Part shown: positions 1 through 9,891 of the stretch, piece by piece
How the letters are laid out: every line of letters begins with the position of its first letter
How positions within the stretch are numbered: position 1 is the first letter of the stretch
Assembly (NCBI GenBank): GCA_963666515.2
Contig: OY762897.2
Location: 512,001-576,000, forward strand
DNA from: Candidatus Binatia bacterium
GTDB lineage: Bacteria > Desulfobacterota > Binatia > UBA9968 > JAJDTQ01
Direction: 5' to 3'
Length of the DNA stretch: 64,000 bases
Program-made: the position numbers and the translations under genes
Notes under the pieces: generated by a model
Told to the model about the DNA's origin: nothing
Databases searched by the model: none
Seen by the model: only the letters and a program-made list of their open reading frames with translations

Positions 1-201
1 GCGATGAAGGACGACGACCTCAAGTTCCAGAAGTACCTGAAGGACAAGGGCGTCATCATCGTCGATTTCTCGGCTGAGGACCGGGAGAAGTGGAAGAACA
101 GCCCGGGCGTCCAGAAGATCGCCGGTGACTGGGTGGCGAGCATGGACAAGCTGGGCCTGCCCGGCAAGAGGACCCTCGCGGCATTCCTGGGCAAGGAGTA
201 A
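1..201 (+). CDS. dctP: TRAP transporter substrate-binding protein DctP, C-terminal fragment (5' end outside window)
   Basis: Nearly identical to the C-terminus of the DctP at 1405-2436 (MKDDD.KFQKYL..KGV.IVDFS..DREKWKNSPGVQKIAGDWVASMDKLGLPGK). Confidence 0.85.
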   Translation, partial: AMKDDDLKFQKYLKDKGVIIVDFSAEDREKWKNSPGVQKIAGDWVASMDKLGLPGKRTLAAFLGKE

Positions 202-244
202 GTAGTCTGCGTGCGGGTTACACAAGCGGTACGGGAGGGACGCC

Positions 245-1312
245 GTGTCCTATGAGGACTATTCCGTAGTGGATTGCGACGGCCACGTGGTGGAGTGGAT
301 CCCCGACATGGCCGAGTACATGAGCGACCGCATCAGGATGCAGGCCACCAACCCGGCCCGGGACCGCCAGGGGGTGTTCCCCTCCATCGACGGAATGCAT
401 TTCGCTCTCCACGCTGGCACCACCGGCAACGAGCGGGTCACCGCCAGCGAATACATGCCGGGGAGCGGCGAGGACTGGGTCGCGTTCCTCGAGCAGGCCG
501 GCATCGACAAAACCGTCCTGTTCACCACCGAAGGGCTCTCCGTGGGCCTCATCCAGATACCCCGTTACGCGGTGGAGGTCTGCCAGGCCTACAACGACTA
601 CATCCACGAGAAGTTCGCCAAGGTGAGCGACCGGCTGCGGCCGGTGGCGCTCCTGCCCATGCAGGACGTCCCGGAGGCCGTGAAGGAGCTGCGCCGGGCG
701 GTGGAAAAGCTGGGCTTCGTCGGCGGCATGCTGCCGTCCACGGGACTGCCGCTGCACCTCGGCCACCAGAGCTACTGGCCGGTCTACGCGGAAGCCGAGC
801 GCCTGGGGGTGCCCATCGCCATTCACGGCGGCTCCAACCTGGGCATGGGAATGGACACGTTCACGAACTTCACGGGTTCTCACGTCCTCCATCATTCCAT
901 TCCGTTGATGATCGCTCTCGTGTCGTTCATCTACCACGGCGTGTTCGACGCGCACCCGAAGCTTCGCGCCGCGTTCATGGAGGGAGGCTGCGGCTGGCTC
1001 GATTTCCTCATCGATCGCATGGTGCGCGACGAGAACTACTTCGACGCCGCGGACCAGCCCAAGATGCGGCCGGTGGAATATCTCAAGGGCGGCCGCATCC
1101 TGCTGGGCTGCGAGGGCAGCGAGGAGACCCTGGCGTACGTGGCGAGCCGGGTGGGCATCGAGGCCTTCGCCTACGCCTCCGACTACCCGCACGAGGTGGA
1201 CCTGCCGGCGGCGAAGCACGAGATCGAGGAAGTCGTGGAACGCGACGACATGTCCCGTGAGGACAAGCAGGCGGTGTTGGGCGACAACGCGAAGCGGTTC
1301 TTCAACCTGTGA
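245..1312 (+). CDS. Amidohydrolase-2 family metal-dependent hydrolase/decarboxylase
   Basis: VVDCDGHV, AIHGG, FMEGGCGW and YASDYPH motifs; ends GDNAKRFFNL. Confidence 0.9.
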   Translation: MSYEDYSVVDCDGHVVEWIPDMAEYMSDRIRMQATNPARDRQGVFPSIDGMHFALHAGTTGNERVTASEYMPGSGEDWVAFLEQAGIDKTVLFTTEGLSVGLIQIPRYAVEVCQAYNDYIHEKFAKVSDRLRPVALLPMQDVPEAVKELRRAVEKLGFVGGMLPSTGLPLHLGHQSYWPVYAEAERLGVPIAIHGGSNLGMGMDTFTNFTGSHVLHHSIPLMIALVSFIYHGVFDAHPKLRAAFMEGGCGWLDFLIDRMVRDENYFDAADQPKMRPVEYLKGGRILLGCEGSEETLAYVASRVGIEAFAYASDYPHEVDLPAAKHEIEEVVERDDMSREDKQAVLGDNAKRFFNL

Positions 1313-1404
1313 GTAGGCCGGGGTACGTGACCCGGATGACGTTGGGCCATGACGCATTGGCGCGTCACGGCAAGGTCTGTATGAAAGGTAAGAAAGGGGA
1401 AAGC

Positions 1405-2436
1405 ATGAAGGCAGTATCGAAATCGTTGGTGGTCTTCCTCATGGCTGGCGTGCTGTGCGTTGCCGGGCTGGCGACGCCGCAAGACGCGCAATCCAAGATC
1501 ATCCTCAAGGTAGCGACGCAGTCCGCGCGCCCGGGAACCCCGCGCGCCGACTACCTGGTGCATTTCAAGAACGGCGTGGCCAAGCGGACCAACGGCGAGA
1601 TCGAGGTCCAGATATTCTGGGCCAACTCGCTGGTGCACGCCAAGGAGGCCCTGGAGGCCGTGCAGTTGGGCACCTCCGACATGGCCGACTTGGCCATCGG
1701 CTATTTTTCCGACAAGATCCGGCTGCTGCAGGTGGCCGGGCTGCCCTTCGCCGTGAGTGATCCGGTGCAGTCGCGCGACGGCGGCATGCGCGTGCTCGCG
1801 CAGATCCCGGAGGCCAGCGCGGAGTTGGCCAAGTTCGGCCACGTGGTGGTGGGCATGACCGCCACCGCGAGCTATCAGCTCGTGGCCCACTATCCCATCA
1901 CCAACCTGGCGGAGCTCAAGGGCAAGAAGGTCGGCACCTTCGGCCGCATCGCCCCCAAGGCCATCAAGGCGGGCGGCGGGATCCCGGTGAGCACCACCGG
2001 CGGCGAGATGTACGAGGCGCTGCAGCGCAAGACCATCGACGCGCGCATCCTCTCCTTCGAGGCGGCCCAGCGGTTCAAGACCTACGAAGTGGCCAAGTAC
2101 ATGAGCAAGATCGAGATGGGCTGCATCGCCGGCGTCAACACCTTCACCATCAACAAGAGGAAGTGGGACTCCCTGTCGAAGGAGCACCAGAAGATCCTCC
2201 TGGAAGAGGGCGAGAAGGTCGGCAAGTGGGAAGCCCAGGCCATGAAGGACGACGACGTCAAGTTCCAGAAGTACCTGACGGGCAAGGGCGTCAAGATCGT
2301 CGACTTCTCGGCCGCGGATCGGGAGAAGTGGAAGAACAGCCCTGGCGTCCAGAAGATCGCCGGCGACTGGGTGGCCAGCATGGACAAGCTGGGCCTGCCC
2401 GGCAAGAAGACCCTGGCCGTTTTCCGCGGCGAATAG
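1405..2436 (+). CDS. dctP: TRAP transporter substrate-binding protein DctP
   Basis: Signal peptide; TNGEIEVQIF...LEAVQLG; ELKGKK; EMYEALQRKTID; upstream of dctQ and dctM; ATG at 1405 follows a purine-rich RBS. Confidence 0.9.
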   Translation: MKAVSKSLVVFLMAGVLCVAGLATPQDAQSKIILKVATQSARPGTPRADYLVHFKNGVAKRTNGEIEVQIFWANSLVHAKEALEAVQLGTSDMADLAIGYFSDKIRLLQVAGLPFAVSDPVQSRDGGMRVLAQIPEASAELAKFGHVVVGMTATASYQLVAHYPITNLAELKGKKVGTFGRIAPKAIKAGGGIPVSTTGGEMYEALQRKTIDARILSFEAAQRFKTYEVAKYMSKIEMGCIAGVNTFTINKRKWDSLSKEHQKILLEEGEKVGKWEAQAMKDDDVKFQKYLTGKGVKIVDFSAADREKWKNSPGVQKIAGDWVASMDKLGLPGKKTLAVFRGE

Positions 2437-2533
2437 CATTGGTCATGGAACGGGGGTAAACCCCTTTCACAAAACGCGGCTGCGGGGGCGGCGGTGATGC
2501 CGTCCCCGCGCACCGTCACGGGGTCAGTCTGTC

Positions 2534-3082
2534 TTGGAAGAACCTAAGAAAACTCTTGAATCCGCCGTAACCCCGGGGTTTGCGGCGCCGGAAGGCGACC
2601 ACACCTGGATGACCCGGTTCATGACCTTCCTGAACGAGATCAGCGGCTACGTCCTGTTCTTCATGATGCTGCTGATCACGGTGGACGTCACCGGGCGCTA
2701 CGTGTTTTCGAGTCCCATCCCCGGGACGCTGGAGTTCACCGAGTTCCTCATCGTGTTCGTGGTGTTCTTCAGCTTGGCGTACGTCCAGCTCACCAAGCGG
2801 CACATCTGCGTGGAGTTGGTGACGCAGCGGCTGCCCGGGAAGGTCGGGGACGGACTCGCGGTGTTCGTCCTGCTGATCGCGGCGGTGTTTTTCGTGCTCA
2901 TGGCCTGGCAGTCGTGGCATGCCGGTCTTTCCGCTCTGGAATATCGCGAGGCGTCCGACGGGCTGGTGCAGATTCCGGTCTACCCGCCCAAGCTGGCCAT
3001 CCCCTTCGGCGCAGCCCTTATCGCCATTCAAATGTTGAGAGACGCCTGGAAGCGGTTTCGGAGTCTCATAACCCCGGGGTAG
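2534..3082 (+). CDS. dctQ: TRAP transporter small permease DctQ
   Basis: 4 TM segments, VDVTGRYVF..PI, HICVEL. Confidence 0.9.
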   Translation: MEEPKKTLESAVTPGFAAPEGDHTWMTRFMTFLNEISGYVLFFMMLLITVDVTGRYVFSSPIPGTLEFTEFLIVFVVFFSLAYVQLTKRHICVELVTQRLPGKVGDGLAVFVLLIAAVFFVLMAWQSWHAGLSALEYREASDGLVQIPVYPPKLAIPFGAALIAIQMLRDAWKRFRSLITPG

Positions 3083-3089
3083 ACATCAC

Positions 3090-4403
3090 ATGGACCCAAC
3101 CTTCCTGGCGATCCTCAGCGTCTTTCTTCTGATCTTCCTGCTCCTGTGCGGCCTTCACGTGGCCGTCTCGCTGGGGCTGGTCGGGGTGTTGGGCTTCGTC
3201 ATGCTCACCGACAGTTGGGCCGCCGGCATCGGGCTTTTACGGACGACCCCGTACAAGGTGGTGGCGAACTTCACGTTCTTCGCCATCCCCGTCTTCATCC
3301 TGATGGGGCAGTTCGCCAACTACGGCGGCTTGAGCGCGGACATCTACTCGGTGGTGCACAAGTGGCTGGGGCGGGTCCGCGGCGGCCTCGCCATGGCCAC
3401 CACGGCCAGTTGCGCCGCGTTTGCCGCGGCCTGCGGCTCCAGCGTGGCCACCGCCGCCACCTTCACCCAGGTGGCCCTGCCGGAGATGACCAAGTACGGC
3501 TACGACAAGCGGCTTGCCACCGGCGCCATCGCGGCTTCCGGGACCCTGGGAGCGCTGATCCCTCCCAGCGGTCTCATGATCATCTACGGGATCATTACGG
3601 AGCAGTCCATCGGCAAGCTGCTGATCGCCGGCGCCATTCCGGGAGTCCTCTCGGCGCTCATCTACATGGGCATGATCTCCTGCTGGGTGCGGCTCCAGCC
3701 CGAAATCGCTCCCATCATCGAGGAAAGGCCGCCGTTGCGGGAGAAGCTCCTGTCCCTGTACAGGGTGTGGGGCATCGTCACGCTCTCCATCGTCGTCATG
3801 GGCGCCATCTACCTGGGCATCGCCACCCCCACCGAGGCGGGGGCCTTCGGCGCCTTCGGCGCGTTCGTGATCATGATCGCCAAGGGCGCTTTCTCGCGTG
3901 AGAAGCTCCGCAACACCGTGCTGGACACCGCCACCTCCACCACGATGCTCTTCACCATCATCATCGGCGCCTACATCTTCAGCCGCTTCCTGGCCATCAC
4001 CAACGTCGGCCCGCGGTTGGCGGACTACTTGGTGAGCTCCGGCATGCCGCGCCACCTGGTCCTGACCGGCTTCCTGCTGCTCTACGTGTTCCTGGGCATG
4101 TTCATGGACCCGGCCGCGATGATGGCCATCACCCTGCCCATCGTCTTTCCCATCGTCATCCAGATGGGCTTCAGCGGCATCTGGTTCGGCGTGCTGGTGA
4201 TCAAGACCTCCGAGATCGGCCTCATCACCCCGCCGGTGGGCATGAACGTCTACACCGTGAACGCCGCCGCCCACGGCATGGTGCGCCTCGAGGAGATATT
4301 CAAGGGCATCCTGCCGTTCTTCCTGATGGACGTGTTCACCCTGGTCATCCTGGTGGCCTTCCCGCAGATCTCGCTGTGGTTGCCGGACAGGATGCTGGGG
4401 TAA
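3090..4403 (+). CDS. dctM: TRAP transporter large permease DctM
   Basis: AIPVFILMG, GSSVATAA, GTLGALIPPS, TPTEAGA, GLITPPVGMNVY. Confidence 0.95.
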   Translation: MDPTFLAILSVFLLIFLLLCGLHVAVSLGLVGVLGFVMLTDSWAAGIGLLRTTPYKVVANFTFFAIPVFILMGQFANYGGLSADIYSVVHKWLGRVRGGLAMATTASCAAFAAACGSSVATAATFTQVALPEMTKYGYDKRLATGAIAASGTLGALIPPSGLMIIYGIITEQSIGKLLIAGAIPGVLSALIYMGMISCWVRLQPEIAPIIEERPPLREKLLSLYRVWGIVTLSIVVMGAIYLGIATPTEAGAFGAFGAFVIMIAKGAFSREKLRNTVLDTATSTTMLFTIIIGAYIFSRFLAITNVGPRLADYLVSSGMPRHLVLTGFLLLYVFLGMFMDPAAMMAITLPIVFPIVIQMGFSGIWFGVLVIKTSEIGLITPPVGMNVYTVNAAAHGMVRLEEIFKGILPFFLMDVFTLVILVAFPQISLWLPDRMLG

Positions 4404-4419
4404 GAGCCACATAGTCGGG

Positions 4420-5478
4420 TCAACTCCAATCTGCGACGTGCTGTCCGACCGCTTTTTCGAGCGCCGTTTTTGCATCCCGAGGCAGCCGCCGGGTCCCCCT
4501 GTCCACAGCTTCTCGCCAGGAAGGTCCGCGCTCGCGTGCCTCGACGAGGGCGTCCTCGAGCTCATCGGGACGATCCTCCGCCAACACACGAATCAGGGCA
4601 GCGGACTGGTCGATGTCTTTCGTTGCCTTGGCGGCCGCCGAGGAACCTCGACGGGTTGAGACGATCAGCTTGTGGACTGCGTAGCGGGCTGGCTGGGGGA
4701 CGTTGATCAGAATCCCCGACCGGTAAAGCGCTACCGCCTGCACCGGCCCATGGATCAGATAGTCCAGAAACCGAAGCGGAAGGGCATATGCTCCCAGCGC
4801 TGGCAATTCCAGTGGCTCGTCGCGATCCGGTCCCTCGTTGGGAGTGAGCAGCTCGACGAGGACGCCGCTCTCCTGGTTCCGCCAGCCGGTGGGCTGTTGA
4901 TGGAGGCTAGGCCGAGGGACGAAAGGCCCGATCCGTTCCAGCGCCTCCGCCAGCGCCGGATCCAGTCGATCGTCGAGCGCTATTGAGACCGAATGAAACG
5001 CCGCGACATCAATGTCCTCGGTAACGGCATGGGCCTCCGAGACCTCGACTCCCAGGAGACCGGGATAGCACCGAAACGCATGCGTGCCAACGATGACTGC
5101 GCGGAGCCGAAAAATCCCCGCCTTCGAGAGCGCGAGCAACACTTTCCCGGTCTGGGCGTCGACACGCGGCAGGCCACCCTCGCGGCACATGCGGGTGAGG
5201 CGGCCGCGCTGCTTCTCACGCTGCCTCAGGTCCTCCCTCACTTTTTCGGCCTGCTCGACCCTTGCCCGCACCTCTTTCGTATCCGGCCCGAGATAGCGCT
5301 CGACGGTGTGGTCAGCTAGCCGCTGGACCGAATACCAGTACTTTCGCCCGCTCCGCTCACGAAGAACCGGGGTCCCCCCAAGTTCCAGAACCGTGTCCTC
5401 CTGGAGCCGGGACAGCAGGTCCGCGTAGGTCGTCTGTACCGTCAGAGGCAGTCGCCTGAGTTGAGCGCCTTCGGTCAT
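4420..5478 (-). CDS. GSU2403-family nucleotidyltransferase-fold protein
   Basis: IVGTHAF..Y, TEDIDVA, VELLTP, LRFLDYL, PARYAVHKLIVS, KDIDQ motifs. Confidence 0.75.
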   Translation of the reverse strand: MTEGAQLRRLPLTVQTTYADLLSRLQEDTVLELGGTPVLRERSGRKYWYSVQRLADHTVERYLGPDTKEVRARVEQAEKVREDLRQREKQRGRLTRMCREGGLPRVDAQTGKVLLALSKAGIFRLRAVIVGTHAFRCYPGLLGVEVSEAHAVTEDIDVAAFHSVSIALDDRLDPALAEALERIGPFVPRPSLHQQPTGWRNQESGVLVELLTPNEGPDRDEPLELPALGAYALPLRFLDYLIHGPVQAVALYRSGILINVPQPARYAVHKLIVSTRRGSSAAAKATKDIDQSAALIRVLAEDRPDELEDALVEARERGPSWREAVDRGTRRLPRDAKTALEKAVGQHVADWS

Positions 5479-5485
5479 TTGTGCC

Positions 5486-5516
5486 TTGCCCAACAAACAT
5501 GTTTTCTGTTGGTCAA
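5486..5516. promoter_or_regulatory. Imperfect inverted repeat (candidate operator) upstream of the NTase gene
   Basis: TTGCCCAACA-N11-TGTTGGTCAA, 9/10 arm match, just upstream of the ATG at 5478. Confidence 0.4.
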
Positions 5517-5597
5517 TCTAATCCAGATCCGCGATACACCCGGCGCCGTCTACCGGGCCTCCGGCTGGACCCGTGTCCGGACCACCCAAGGGCGAGG

Positions 5598-6368
5598 CTA
5601 CTCCACGACGTCGTTGTTTTCAATGATGTCGAGGACGCGGTCCTCGAACTCGGCCATTTCCGCGCGGGAGGCGTTGGTGGGGGTTTCCATGTCGGCCAGG
5701 ACCCGGCCGGGCCTGCCGAGGATCACCAGGCGTGAGCCGATCTCCAGGGCCTCGTGAATGTTGTGGGTGATGAGGAGGCAGGTCTTGCGGGTTTCGGAGA
5801 CAAGCTCCAGGAAGACTTCGCGCAGGCGTCTGGCTGTGGACTGGTCCAGGTGGCCGAAGGCCTCGTCGGCAAAGAAGATCTCCGGCGAGAGGCAGAAGGC
5901 CCGGGCCATGCCCACGCGCTGGCGCATGCCGCCGGACAGCTCGTGGGGGTAGGCGTCCTCGAACCCCTGCAGCTCCAGCTTGTGCAGCCACCGGGTGGCG
6001 ATGTCGTTCTGTTCTTTTTCGCCGTATTCGAGAATCTCCAGGCCGACACGGGCATTCTCCAGCGCCGTGCGCCACGGCAGCAGGCGGTCGGTCTGGAAGA
6101 TCACGCCCAGCTTGGAGCGGAACCAGTCGAACTCGGTGTAGGGGTCGTGCCCCAGCAGCTCGATGGATCCCGTGGTGGCCTGCTCCAGGCCGAGGAGAAG
6201 GTTGAACGTCGTTGACTTCCCGCACCCCGTCTTGCCCACGATGGCGACGATGTCGCCGCTGCCCACCTCGAGATCGAGGCTCTCCACCGCGGTGAAGCGG
6301 TCGCCGTCCACCGAAGTGAACACCTTGCTTACGTCCCGCATCCGGACGACGGGCTCGGCGGCGCTCAC
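5598..6368 (-). CDS. NitT/TauT-type ABC transporter ATP-binding protein
   Basis: GKTGCGKST Walker A, LSGGMRQR signature, ADEAFGHLD, ITHN; GTG start overlaps the permease stop. Confidence 0.9.
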   Translation of the reverse strand: MSAAEPVVRMRDVSKVFTSVDGDRFTAVESLDLEVGSGDIVAIVGKTGCGKSTTFNLLLGLEQATTGSIELLGHDPYTEFDWFRSKLGVIFQTDRLLPWRTALENARVGLEILEYGEKEQNDIATRWLHKLELQGFEDAYPHELSGGMRQRVGMARAFCLSPEIFFADEAFGHLDQSTARRLREVFLELVSETRKTCLLITHNIHEALEIGSRLVILGRPGRVLADMETPTNASRAEMAEFEDRVLDIIENNDVVE

Positions 6369-7204
6369 GTGGCCATCCCTCCCTGTTTCGCGGGGCGCCA
6401 GCGCAGCAGCTTGTGCTCCAGGAGGAGGATGACGAACTGGGTGATGAGCAGGAAGGTCACCAGCACCAGGGTCCAGGCGATGGCCTTGGGCATCTCGAAC
6501 AGCTCCTGCGCCAGCAGCAGCTTGTTGCCTACGCCCCGGGTGGCTCCCACCAGCTCGGCGACGATGACCACGCGCGCGGCCAGCCCGAGGTTCACCTTCC
6601 AGGCGGTCAGCACCGCGGGGATCATCCCCGGCAGGATCAGCTTGGAGAAGAGCTGCTTCCGCGTCGGGCGCATGGCCCGCAGCATGTCCAGGTATTCCTT
6701 GGAGATGCTCTTGATGCCGTCGTGGATGATGAGCGCGTAGTTGGGCAGGCAGCCGGCCAGCAGGATGAAGGCGATGCGCGTCTCCACGTGGCTGAACCAG
6801 ATGATGGCGAAGACCACCCAGGAGAGCGCCGGTATGCCCATGATGAAGTGGAGCACCGGCAGGGTGTGCTTTTCCACCGTCTGGGTGAAGCCCATGAACA
6901 CGCCCAGGATGGTGCCGCTGATGAACGCCAGGACGAGCCCCAGGAAGATCCGGCCCATGGTGACCAGCACGTCCCCCAACAGGCCGATGTTGACGACGAT
7001 CTCGATGAAGGCGGCGACGATGACGCCGACGCTGGGAATCAGGTACGGGGGCAGGAAGAAGGAGGCGATCTGCCACGACGCCAGGATCACGGCGAACGAG
7101 ATGATCGGCTCCTTCCGGGCGGCCATGAGGCCCAGGAGGCGCGAGTGCCACGCCTCCCGGGCCTGCGCCGGAGGCAACGCGGTTTGGGGCGCGTCGGATT
7201 CCAT
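6365..7204 (-). CDS. NitT/TauT-type ABC transporter permease
   Basis: Multi-TM protein, IPALSW, ILPG..P, VIVAEL.G...GVG. Confidence 0.9.
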   Translation of the reverse strand: MESDAPQTALPPAQAREAWHSRLLGLMAARKEPIISFAVILASWQIASFFLPPYLIPSVGVIVAAFIEIVVNIGLLGDVLVTMGRIFLGLVLAFISGTILGVFMGFTQTVEKHTLPVLHFIMGIPALSWVVFAIIWFSHVETRIAFILLAGCLPNYALIIHDGIKSISKEYLDMLRAMRPTRKQLFSKLILPGMIPAVLTAWKVNLGLAARVVIVAELVGATRGVGNKLLLAQELFEMPKAIAWTLVLVTFLLITQFVILLLEHKLLRWRPAKQGGMAT

Positions 7205-7220
7205 TCGGGAAGCGGCGCGC

Positions 7221-8186
7221 TTAACGGACCTTGCCCCGGTAGATGATGCCGTCGTCCGGCATCTGTTTCATGTAGCCGCTGTCGATGCCGGCCTGGAACA
7301 GGGCCTTGATGTTGGTCTCGATCTCGGCCGCGGGCACCACGTCGAGCGGATAGCGGGCCGTGGCCAGCGCCATCAGGAATGCCTTCTTGGGCACGCCCGC
7401 CTCCTTCTCGATGATCGTCGCCGCCTCGTCATGGTGCGTGGGCAGCCATTTGGCCAGCTCCTCGAAGGCCTTGTAGATCTTCGGGATCAGCGCCTTGTTG
7501 CCGGCGATCCAGTCCTCGTGCGCCGCGATGCCGAGGAAGCCCCTCTGCGGCGCCCCCTGTATGGCCTGCCACTGGTGGAAGTATTCGATCATCTTGAGCT
7601 TGCCGGGATTACCCACCAGCATCTTCGAATAGTTGGGCTCCCAGAAGTGAACTGCGTCGGCGCGCTTGGCCATCAGCAGCGTCGCCAGACCCGCGGTGCT
7701 GGTGGACTGGACGTCCACCTTGCCGAGGTCGACTCCCGCCTTCTGGGCGAAGTAGCGGAACATGGCGTAGTTGGTGGTGACGGTGACCGCGCCGAGGCTC
7801 TTGCCTTCGAGGTCCGCGATGCTGTTGATGTTGGGGTCCATGGTCAGCAGCGCGCCGTGCCCGTTGAGCACGTTGAAGAGGTAGACGGACTTGACCCCCT
7901 TGAGGCGCCGGTTGGCTTCGGACAGGAGCGCCGAGGCGATGGTGACCTTGTCCCGGCCGGTTGCGAAGTCCGTGTTGGCCGCACGGGGTTTCTTGAAGGC
8001 CCACTGGATGTCGACGCCGTGCTTCTTGTCGAACTCGTTGGCCTCGATCAGGGAAGCCGTGGTGTGGCCGAACGACGGCTTGCCGAACGAACCGATGCTG
8101 ACCGTGGGCATGCTCTGGGCCAGGACCGTGCCGGCGCCGGCTAGGGCGACCAGGGCGATCAGGAAACTCGAAATCAGTCGAAGCAT
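7221..8186 (-). CDS. ABC transporter substrate-binding protein (SsuA/NMT1-like)
   Basis: Signal peptide, INSIADLEGK, RADAV.FWEP; heads the ABC operon. Confidence 0.85.
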   Translation of the reverse strand: MLRLISSFLIALVALAGAGTVLAQSMPTVSIGSFGKPSFGHTTASLIEANEFDKKHGVDIQWAFKKPRAANTDFATGRDKVTIASALLSEANRRLKGVKSVYLFNVLNGHGALLTMDPNINSIADLEGKSLGAVTVTTNYAMFRYFAQKAGVDLGKVDVQSTSTAGLATLLMAKRADAVHFWEPNYSKMLVGNPGKLKMIEYFHQWQAIQGAPQRGFLGIAAHEDWIAGNKALIPKIYKAFEELAKWLPTHHDEAATIIEKEAGVPKKAFLMALATARYPLDVVPAAEIETNIKALFQAGIDSGYMKQMPDDGIIYRGKVR

Positions 8187-8210
8187 GTCTTGCCCTCCTT
8201 GTGACGGGTG

Positions 8211-8275
8211 TCCCGTTGAACCGGAGGTTCAACGGGAAAGTCCTGCACACTAGGAATTTTTCGACGCCGTGTCAA
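8211..8275 (-). promoter_or_regulatory. Sigma70-type promoter plus perfect 12-bp inverted repeat for the ABC operon
   Basis: Minus strand TTGACA (8275-8270), N17, TAGTGT (8252-8247); TCCCGTTGAACC-GGA-GGTTCAACGGGA at 8211-8237. Confidence 0.55.
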
Positions 8276-8392
8276 CGGAAGCGGCCGATTAACGTGAGAT
8301 CAGTCTTGAACTGTGCCGTGCGTTTGGGCTACATCCAGAGGGATCGAGCCCATGAGAAAAGCGGGGCCGGCTTAGCACACGGAGGTGAACCC

Positions 8393-9544
8393 ATGTACCT
8401 GGTCGATGCGGACGGACACGTCGAGGAAAGCGAAACCACGTTCAGCGACAAGTACTTCGATCCGGCATTCCGGGCCCAGCGCCCGCGGGTCGTGGCCATC
8501 GACCAGATGGTCTACTGGATGATCGAGGAGCAGATGTACCCGCGCCGGGTCGGACGCGGCGCCCACAACCTCGGCACCCCGGCCAGCTACAAGGGCAAGA
8601 AGACGCCCCACGCCCAGAAGAAGTCCGACACCATCGGCAGCATGGAGATCCACGGGGTCAAGGAGCGCATCGAGGCCATGGACAAGGAAGGGATCTCGCT
8701 CCAGGTCCTTTATCCGACGCTGTTCCTCGCCTATCCGTTGGCGGCGAGCCCGCCGCTCGTGACCGCCATGAGCACGGCCTACAACCGCTTCCTGGGCGAT
8801 CAGATCGGGGCTCATGAGCGGCTCAAGTGGGCCGCAGTTGTGAACCTCGACGACGTCGAGGGGGCGGTGGAGCAGGTGAAGGAAGCCCACGACCTCGGCG
8901 CCGTGGCCGTCATGCTGCTGGGCACCATCGGCGACCGGCTGCTCGACGACCCCGCCTTCCTGCCTTTCTACGAAGCCCTGGTGGAGCGGGACCTGACGCT
9001 GGCGATCCACGTGGGCTGGGCGTGTCCGGCCTTGAGCGGCCTGTTCACCCACATCTATCCTTCGTCCGTCAACGCGTTCCTCATGCCGGTGCTGCTGGGC
9101 TTCTCGTCCATGATCAACAGCGGCCTGCTGGACCGTTTTCCGACCCTGCGCGTGGGGTTTCTGGAGGCCGGCTGCCAGTGGGTCCATTTCATGATCGACC
9201 GCCTGGATCACCGGTTCGGCCATTCGGGGAACTTCCTCGCCGACATCCTCCCGGACACGGTTCCCAAGGCCAAGCTGGCGCCCATGGAGTACATGCGTCA
9301 GGGCAACCTCTACCTGAGCGCGGAGGTGGAAGACACGCTGCTGCCCCAGGTGGTGGAGTTGGTGGGCGAGGGGCAGGTGGTCTACGGGTCGGACATGCCC
9401 CACGGCGACCGCGAGGTCCTGTCCAGCGACTACCTGAAGCAGCGGGAAGACCTGAGCGAGGCCGTGAAGACCAAGATTCTCCGGGACAACGGCGCCAGAC
9501 TCTACAACCTGGACATCGGCGACGCGGTGAGGAAGGCGTCCTAG
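8393..9544 (+). CDS. Amidohydrolase-2 family protein
   Basis: MYLVDADGHVEE after a GGAGG RBS; AIHVG, FLEAGCQW, YGSDMPH. Confidence 0.9.
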   Translation: MYLVDADGHVEESETTFSDKYFDPAFRAQRPRVVAIDQMVYWMIEEQMYPRRVGRGAHNLGTPASYKGKKTPHAQKKSDTIGSMEIHGVKERIEAMDKEGISLQVLYPTLFLAYPLAASPPLVTAMSTAYNRFLGDQIGAHERLKWAAVVNLDDVEGAVEQVKEAHDLGAVAVMLLGTIGDRLLDDPAFLPFYEALVERDLTLAIHVGWACPALSGLFTHIYPSSVNAFLMPVLLGFSSMINSGLLDRFPTLRVGFLEAGCQWVHFMIDRLDHRFGHSGNFLADILPDTVPKAKLAPMEYMRQGNLYLSAEVEDTLLPQVVELVGEGQVVYGSDMPHGDREVLSSDYLKQREDLSEAVKTKILRDNGARLYNLDIGDAVRKAS

Positions 9545-9563
9545 CCGGGGAGAGGCGGGCGCC

Positions 9564-9827
9564 TCAGGGGGCGTCGGGCTGCCGGAGAATGACGTCCGGG
9601 GAGCGGACGGTCACGAGACGATCGAGCCGGCGCAACATGACCGTCGCCGCTTCGGTCGAGATGGCTTGCCCGAAGATGTTGTAACGTTCTCCGTCCAGGC
9701 TCTGGTTGTTGGCCCAGGCGGCAAATTCGTCGGGGGTGGGGTTGTGGCCGAGTTCCCGGGCACAGCGTCGCACCACGAAGCCCAGCATGACCTTCTGGCT
9801 CCCGCCGTTGTCGAGCGCGGACGGCAT
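9564..9827 (-). CDS. Small hypothetical protein (87 aa)
   Basis: Fills the intergenic gap; protein-like composition (GSQKVMLGFVVRRCARELGHNPTPDEFAAWAN). Confidence 0.6.
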   Translation of the reverse strand: MPSALDNGGSQKVMLGFVVRRCARELGHNPTPDEFAAWANNQSLDGERYNIFGQAISTEAATVMLRRLDRLVTVRSPDVILRQPDAP

Positions 9828-9891
9828 ACCGGGATTTCTTAGGCAATCCCCATGAGAGTTTCAACCCGATAGCGACCTGAGGAGGATCGGC

